A stretch of DNA of 64,000 nt from Leidyana gryllorum EB-2025a. Taxonomy: Eukaryota > Protista > Apicomplexa. This document shows, one piece after another, positions 57,602-64,000 of this stretch. A model generated the notes under the pieces. It searched no databases, was not told where the DNA came from, and saw nothing but the letters and a program-made list of their open reading frames with translations. The stretch's first letter is position 1. Every line of letters begins with the position of its first letter. The DNA is taken from positions 62,001 to 126,000 of the forward strand of contig JBLWGC010000140.1 of NCBI GenBank assembly GCA_048772705.1. Reading direction: 5' to 3'. The position numbers were made by a program, and so were the translations under genes.

Positions 57602-59006
57602 ATGGGGGAAATCATTGATCTGGACGACTCTGACGATGAAGTGACAGCCTGGCCAGAGTGCCAGAATGTGCCTCCCGGTTTCTGGGACCCGGTTGTACCG
57701 CAATCCGCGGTGGCGAATGATGCCGCGGCAACTGATCCAACAGCGAGTGACCCACTACCTGCGCTGGCCGGCCACGATGAGCTGCCACCGGGTTTCTGGG
57801 AGGACGAGGCTTTGAGTCCGAAGCCGACGAGCGTTGAGGCTGCCGCAGTCTTCCCTGATGTCACTCAACTCTTTCAAGAGTTCGACATGAACTTCTTTGA
57901 TGGTCAACTCACTCGCTTCGGCGTCCAGCTCGAGTGGTCGAAGAAAATGACCAGTTGCGCTGGAATTTGTTACTGGAAGCCGCGACCGACCAAACAGGAG
58001 GTCCAGGCGGCTTCTCGTAAGCAGCCGGACGGCGGTGTTGAGCTTCTGCTATCAACTTTTCCCAAGTGTGTCGTTAGACTATCGGAACCCCTATTGACAC
58101 TCCGCCCAGTGAGCGATCTCAAGGAGACATTGGCACACGAAATGATCCACGCCTATTGTTTCGTCAACAAAATCGAGCAAGATAGGGGTCATGGGCCTAA
58201 CTTTGTCCGTTTGATGAATATTATCAACGCACACACGGGGATGCATATAACTGTTTATCATACTTTCCATGATGAAGTCCGATACTTCCAGAAGCACGTC
58301 TGGAGATGTCAGGTGAGCCACGGCCACATACCGATCCGATAGACAATTTTCCCTCACACAGGGCCCCTGCCGCCTCACCCCCCCTTATTTTGGCTATGTC
58401 CGACGAGCAACCAACAGGGCCCCGGGCCCCTCGAGCTACTGGTGTAAGTGGTGGTCGCCGCCGCCTCTCTCAATCGCTTTCGTCGCAGGGGAACGCCATC
58501 AACGCGAATGTGGAGGACAGTATATCAAAATTGAAGGCCCCGATCTCACAGCAAAGAAGCCAACCGATCGCGAAAAGTCTACAAATACCCAAACCCTCAT
58601 AACTGCTGTATTCGCGTCCAATACATCCAAAGGGAAGACCTCTTTGTTGCCGGCCAAAGGTAACAATCGAAGACTCTCTTTACTATATGACACGCAGAAA
58701 TGCCCCATCGATGATGACCAGAACGTCACCAGCGCTCTGATGTCTACCAACCCTCATCAACCTTCGCCACCACCACCACCCGCTGTCAAAAAGAGGATAG
58801 CGCTACGCAAACGGAAGTTCGATGACACTACGGCTCTCCAGAGCTCAACCTCCACTGAAAAATCCTCACCTCCCAAGAAGATCAGAAGTGGGGAAGAGGG
58901 GTCGCCTGGGTCGCCGGGAGATAAAACCGTCTTTATTGGCCTCGGAGACAAGCTGAAAGCTCGCCAGGGCCGACCCACCACCCTCCAGCCGTTCGCTGGC
59001 GACTGA
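57602..59006 (+). CDS. SPRTN: SprT-like DNA-dependent metalloprotease (Spartan), multi-exon
   Basis: FFDGQL...EWSKKMTSCAGIC; RLSEPLLTLRP..LKETLAHEMIHAY; HGPNF; ITVYHTFHDEV; HVWRC; C-terminal SHP-like PFAG. Confidence 0.92.
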
Positions 59007-59044
59007 GGTGCAACCAGGCACATGCTGCTCCTGTGACATCTGCG

Positions 59045-59275
59045 ATGGGAATACGGTGCTCGAAATGTTTCAAGAGAAAGCCCGTCCGTACTCAAGGGTC
59101 CACGACAGAGAGCGGACGACCGAGCGGAGGGTCCACTCGCACTGGAAGCGAGACCATCGACCTTAAGGAGCGCAAGAAACGCGCCGAAAAGCTCGCCAAT
59201 GCCGCCGAAGCCAGAATCAGCCGGGAGCATCAGGAAACCACGGGAGACGCTGTACCCAAAGAGCCAGCCGCATGA
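59045..59275 (+). CDS. SVIP-like small p97/VCP-interacting protein (76 aa)
   Basis: MGIRCSKCF (N-myristoylation plus Cys) and KRAEKLANAAEAR resembling the SVIP VIM KRAKLAEAAERR. Confidence 0.6.
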   Translation: MGIRCSKCFKRKPVRTQGSTTESGRPSGGSTRTGSETIDLKERKKRAEKLANAAEARISREHQETTGDAVPKEPAA

Positions 59276-60282
59276 GAATCATCAGCGATGACACCGTCAA
59301 CTGGCGGTACATTGTGGGGATGAAGATTAGCACCAATGTACTCAATCTTATGAGGCGCAAGACGCGTCAAACGTGGCCAATGGACGCAAAATCTGCAAAT
59401 TTCAGTCGCGCCTCAGCAAGATCCAACACGTAGCATAGTATGTATACTCGCATTGATCAAACTTAAGACGTACATATATTTTGGAACGACCTACCGGTCG
59501 CCACAGTGCAAACAGATAAACAAACGCGCAACAGACAAAACAACAGAAACAACGACACCTACCTGTCCACGTAAGGAAGCAGTAGCTTTCCAGTCATTGA
59601 CAAACTTGACACGCGGCAATAACTTTCCACAAATAACACGCGTGTGGGCCGCCCAATCATACACTGAGAAACAACTTATCTTTATACTCATTCAGATCTT
59701 ACCTCCGCCGCCAAAGCCGCTATGACGACGGGCACACATACGCCTGGGCCATTCGCTAACACCAATTCCGGCAGATCGGGCAGCATTTGGAGGAACAATT
59801 TGGCTCCAATTTGAATTGATTTGATTACAGCACCTCGCATTCTGGTTGACAATTTCCAACAACACCAGATTAAGTACTCACGAGCCGCCTACTTCACGCG
59901 CGCGAGGTATTCTTATGACATTGATGTCATCAAAGCCGACATCGAACTGCTTTGAATACTCTACATAAAGCCACCAGCCGTTAGCACGTACCGGTGACTC
60001 CTTCAAGCTTCTGCGCAAAGCTCTTTCGCTATTGCTGTCAGTGTCAGCTATCACCACCGTCACCGAATTGTGCTTCCAATCCAAGTTTTTACATAAGCTC
60101 AACATTTCTGTGGTATGACCACCAGAGCCTAATACAATCCAGATTTGTTTGGCGACATCACTTCGCCGATTGCGCCGGCGTGCACTGCGCCCGTTCACAC
60201 GTAATAGACGCCGCAGAACATTGATCAGTATCCAGAACAGTGGCAATAGAAGAAGGGCTAAGAACCACCGAACGCAGAACAT
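59230..60282 (-). CDS. ALG14: UDP-GlcNAc transferase subunit ALG14 (multi-exon)
   Basis: N-terminal TM; IVLGSGGHTTEML; IPRAREV; LVLANGPGVCVP; FVESYCRVSSLSMTGK; FCVHWP. Confidence 0.92.
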
Positions 60283-60394
60283 GTGTGTGTTCGCGCGCGC
60301 ACGATATCGATGCTGCTTTTTTTGCTGTTGACATGGGCTGGAGGTTCCGGATTGCGGTGAGAAGCCCCCGCAAATCATCATTGACGCCTACAGA

Positions 60395-61500
60395 ATGCTC
60401 CAAACCGACACCGAACAGACAACACAGCTGAGTGACGAGCGCATAGCAGCCCAGAAAGAGCTAGCATGTGAGTAATTCAATCAGAACTATAATCGACTAT
60501 AGACCATCCATTCAGTGGCTGTGGATGCCAATAATCTCAGGGGCTTAGAAGTGGCAGCGTGAGTGATTCGCTCTTTCCAACAGTGACGACCTTGATCTTC
60601 AGGGAATTGGTATGTTCACCCACTGGTGCTCATTTGGACGCCCCTGCAGGAAAGTGAAACGGCTGGTCTGAAGGACGTCTTCAAAAAGACTCCCGAATTC
60701 CACGATCTGTCAAATCAGGTAAGGTGTTTGTCTGGGTCTCCAGGATCTTAGGTCGAACACGGCATTGCAGCAACGTGAAGAAATAGAAGAGTATGCTCTC
60801 GGAATTGGGAAGTATCACGCTCTGGAGCCTAGTATTGTGATTGCCCACGTGTTGCGTAAGAGCAGCCAACTGGAATTGATCAGACAATCGGTTGTAGCAC
60901 CCGACTTTCCATCCTACCTACGCTTGCAAGTGCGGCGCGGTGGCTTGGAGGAGCTGTCTGGCTTGAGCCGGCTAAAACCACGAACTGTGGAAATTCGACC
61001 ACACCAAAAGGGTGAGCCAATGTGGCTGATTCATTGCCCAATTGCCGTTGACCAGAACAAGTTACGCATCATGTACCTCTCACGAGCACACTTAAGGAGC
61101 AGCTGGACGCTTTACCAAATCACGCGGAACGATTGGAATTCCTTCAGCACAAGATGAGTGAACGAACGCGGCTGGACAGCCTGATTAATCTTCTGCGGCA
61201 AGAGGTACGGGACGAAGGATCAAATCAGCGTCATGTTTGTTCGTTTCAGCACGCCCGAGTGAGCGGCGAAGCGGAGAAGGATCCGCAAATGGTTACGTTA
61301 GCCAACGACAGCGGCGGAAAGGTAATTTACAGAATGACGAATACTACACAACACACGTTGGTTTAGTTGCGGGAATATCTTGTTCGCGCCAAAGAACTAG
61401 ATGAAGGTGAGTCTCACGTTTAAGTATATAAGTAATGAAGCTACTATCATCAGAGATTGCCGCTATTCGCGACCACATCGGTGACACTTCTTCCAGATGA
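60395..61500 (+). CDS. Hypothetical protein with many short exons and a coiled-coil-like C-terminus
   Basis: Series of short exons bounded by GTGAGT/GTATGT..AG; no family recognised. Confidence 0.55.
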
Positions 61501-61569
61501 GAAGCACGTCAGATCAGAGTCACAATCAACTGGTTGACCGACTGACGACTGTCTCACTGACTGTCTGCC

Positions 61570-63624
61570 TCAATGCTGTCTCCAGCTGCCGTGATATTGC
61601 TGAGGCGGTTGCGGAGGATATCCTCCGAATTGGTGTCGTGCGTAGGCTTGAGGCTGGAGCATCGAGATTGTGTCATCCGATACAGCATTCATTTCCGCGC
61701 GTCCTGTTGCTGAAGCGAAGATAGGGGGGAGTCCCGCTGGCGGCGGAGGTCTTTGGCTGCCGCCATCGACCTGCTGTTGCAGGGGTTGTTGGCCCTGATG
61801 AGAGTTGGCTGCCACGGCAGCTGCGTTTTGCTGCTGCTGGACATATTCTTGATTGCGGTTGTAGCTCATCAAGTCTTGTTGAGCGTACAATTCGTGTGGA
61901 GGATACATCATGATTGGATGTTGGCGTCTGTCCACGTATCCGCCATATTGATCTATATACTGTTTGCGAGGATCGTAGTAATAGGGATCGAATATGGGAT
62001 TGTACTGCATCGTTGGATGGCCCATTCGTTGTTGCTGGTTGTAGTCCATAGGGTGTTGAACATACATTCCTGGCGGAGGTCCTCTGACAACCTGCTGCTG
62101 TTGATTTTGCGCGTTGTTGTTGGACGACGGCTGTTGCGGAGCAGCAGGAGTGGCAGTAGGAGCGGGCGGCTGGGATGTTTGTTGAGACACGCTGCCCCGT
62201 TGCTGATACCGGTCGTTGTGGGGGCCGGTTTGCTGGACTTGTGGGGGTTGTTGGGTGGGGGGAGGGCGGATGTGATCAGTCGCTATGGGAGTGACATCTT
62301 GTCTTTGAGGAGTCGGGACAAAGTGAGGGCGGTGAATGGGTGCGGCGTTCTCCGGCATCGTGACGACGGGTCTTTGAGCTGCAGCAACGGCGGCTTGGTA
62401 ATCCGCGGGATGCACCATGTGGCCAGCGGCCATTTGAGGATGGATGGCGCCCATCTGCGGATGAATAGGACCCATTTGGGGGTGCATATGGGGCGGTGGT
62501 TGCATCTCGGCCTGATGATAGTGTGGGTGGTGAATGACGGCCGGTTGCTGGTGGTAAGTGGTGTGGACGATAGCATCCCGGTTGTTGTTCATATTCCCGT
62601 TGCCATTGTTGTTATAGTGTTGGCGGTAGTTGTTGTTGTGGCGGCCTCCGTGTTGTCTCCGATTGTTGTGAGTGTTCTCGGTCTTGTTGGGAGGCGTCTG
62701 CTTGAGGATAGTGTGAACCTTCTGAGAGGGCGGCTGCTGCTGAGTGACAGTCGCTGGTTTGGCAGGCTGTGACTGCTGCTGCGTTTGATGGTGTTGTTCG
62801 TCCACAGCAGGTGCAGGAGTGACCTTCTTGGTCTCAACCACTGATGGGGTGGAAACCGGGGCGGCCGCGATGGGGGCGGGGCCTTCCTCTTGGGGCGGCT
62901 GCTCGGTGGATTCCTTAGTGGCTGTAGTGGTGGTAGTGACCTCTTCGGGGAGCGGTGGAGGCGGGGCAGTATCAGTCTTCTTGGGGGCTGTGCCCTTGGC
63001 AGCATCGACCCACTTTCGGCGGCCACCCGCAGGAATGGGAGACGGCGAGGGTGCTATTGCGCTTTGAGGCGCGACAGGAGTCGGAGAAGGCTGAGACTTC
63101 TCCGCGAGAGCCGGTGTCGCGGCTGCGGGCGCGGTTTGACCCTTCATTATGTCAGCATAAGAGCGACCCTTCTGTCTGGTTTGCGGAGGCGCGACCGGAG
63201 TTTCGGCGGGAGCGGCCTTCGGCTTGGGAGGGTTGACAACATTTGGTGTTGTATCTTGTTGCTCTGTTGTCTTGGGGGTTTCGTTGGTCGTCGTCGGTTT
63301 TCCTCCGTTAGACGTTGTGGGCTTTTTGTTGTTTGGTTGTGTGGGCTTGTTGGACCGTTGTTTAGGTTTGGATTTGGGCTTGGTGGGCTGTTTCTTGGCT
63401 GAAGGTTGCCAGGCCTCTTCGGCGTGGCCGTCAAGACATTTCTGCACCAAGTCAGCTACGTGCTCAGCTACGCGGGTTTCGTCATAGCCGCAGTCGCGAG
63501 CAATGTCAGCAATATCGAGCGCAGAGTATCCAAACTGCTCTATGAACTGAAGGTGGCGATCCACAAAACCCTTTGTCCGAGGGGTAAGCGGAACGTGGGA
63601 AGAAGCCCGACCGCGATTCACCAT
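61570..63624 (-). CDS. Q/P/N-rich low-complexity protein with an N-terminal UBA-like domain (UBAP2L/GIP1-like architecture)
   Basis: GYSALDIADIARDCGYDE...W..SAKK N-terminus; SYADIMK and KWVDAAK motifs; prion-like Q/Y/P-rich tail. Confidence 0.65.
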   Translation of the reverse strand: MVNRGRASSHVPLTPRTKGFVDRHLQFIEQFGYSALDIADIARDCGYDETRVAEHVADLVQKCLDGHAEEAWQPSAKKQPTKPKSKPKQRSNKPTQPNNKKPTTSNGGKPTTTNETPKTTEQQDTTPNVVNPPKPKAAPAETPVAPPQTRQKGRSYADIMKGQTAPAAATPALAEKSQPSPTPVAPQSAIAPSPSPIPAGGRRKWVDAAKGTAPKKTDTAPPPPLPEEVTTTTTATKESTEQPPQEEGPAPIAAAPVSTPSVVETKKVTPAPAVDEQHHQTQQQSQPAKPATVTQQQPPSQKVHTILKQTPPNKTENTHNNRRQHGGRHNNNYRQHYNNNGNGNMNNNRDAIVHTTYHQQPAVIHHPHYHQAEMQPPPHMHPQMGPIHPQMGAIHPQMAAGHMVHPADYQAAVAAAQRPVVTMPENAAPIHRPHFVPTPQRQDVTPIATDHIRPPPTQQPPQVQQTGPHNDRYQQRGSVSQQTSQPPAPTATPAAPQQPSSNNNAQNQQQQVVRGPPPGMYVQHPMDYNQQQRMGHPTMQYNPIFDPYYYDPRKQYIDQYGGYVDRRQHPIMMYPPHELYAQQDLMSYNRNQEYVQQQQNAAAVAANSHQGQQPLQQQVDGGSQRPPPPAGLPPIFASATGRAEMNAVSDDTISMLQPQAYARHQFGGYPPQPPQQYHGSWRQH

Positions 63625-63676
63625 CGATGACAAAGACAGACAAAAATATCCCACTGAAATTTGTAATGCTACTTCG

Positions 63677-64000
63677 TCATTCAGCCGCTGTAGTCAAAGC
63701 CGCGAACTTGACTCCCGTTGCAATCGGTGTAATTCCATTCACTGAAACCAGTTTTCCCTCCAGCTCCGAGTCATTCAGACCAGGATTTACGGACTTGAGC
63801 AAAGCGTTGAAATGACCCACTGGAATGTCCACTATCCGATGCTCCTCAGTCTTTCGGTGCGCCTGTGCGTAAACAAACATTCCGCAATATCCAGGTAGCG
63901 CAATCGCGCTCTCACCATTAGCTGCCGGGCCACTGGCCGAGGCACCATAACGTCAACCGGTACCAAATACGGAACAAACTCCCGCATCTCCACATCCACA
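63677..64000 (-). CDS. C-terminus of an alveolin/IMC-like protein (partial, one intron)
   Basis: VDVEMREFVPYLVPVDVMVPRPV (V/P/E-rich alveolin-like) | ...DIPVGHFNALLKSVNP. Confidence 0.55.

Noticed and set aside
61753-62772. 339-aa hydrophobic antisense ORF
   Set aside because: Shadow of the Q/P/N-rich minus-strand gene; the same applies to most other overlapping ORFs in the track
1-64000. Alternative genetic code, transposons or prophage
   Set aside because: Conserved genes end at TAA/TAG/TGA at expected positions and internal stops are explained by introns; no transposase, RT or integrase motifs seen

Overview
Extremely gene-dense eukaryotic nuclear DNA with many short GT-AG introns (donors GTGAGT/GTAAGT) and a standard genetic code. 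The gene content points to an apicomplexan/alveolate, possibly a gregarine-like lineage: two CDPKs, a MORN-SAM-TKL kinase, an NCR1-like sterol transporter and an alveolin-like IMC protein. About 29 protein genes can be reconstructed, including FEN1, NOP10, REI1/ZNF622, CMTR2-like, cactin, RPL23, NAE1, TAF1, STK19-like, SPRTN and ALG14, plus a triplicated box C/D snoRNA-like unit. The most striking property is the architecture. Runs of co-oriented genes have stop-to-ATG spacers of mostly 11-60 bp, and head-to-head ATGs lie only 20-46 bp apart around a T6-T9 tract. A TTTTTG motif recurs just before start codons, (TGAC)n sits at convergent junctions, and one pair of coding ends overlaps. This suggests polycistronic, overlapping or near-leaderless transcription. 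Unusual proteins include a highly divergent H2B variant, a PPR-tRNA m7G methyltransferase fusion, an FRG1-like protein with a phage-tail-like core, a double-LOTUS protein and an unannotated SVIP-like gene beside SPRTN. All gene models were hand-spliced and all homologies are recognised from memory; no searches were run.
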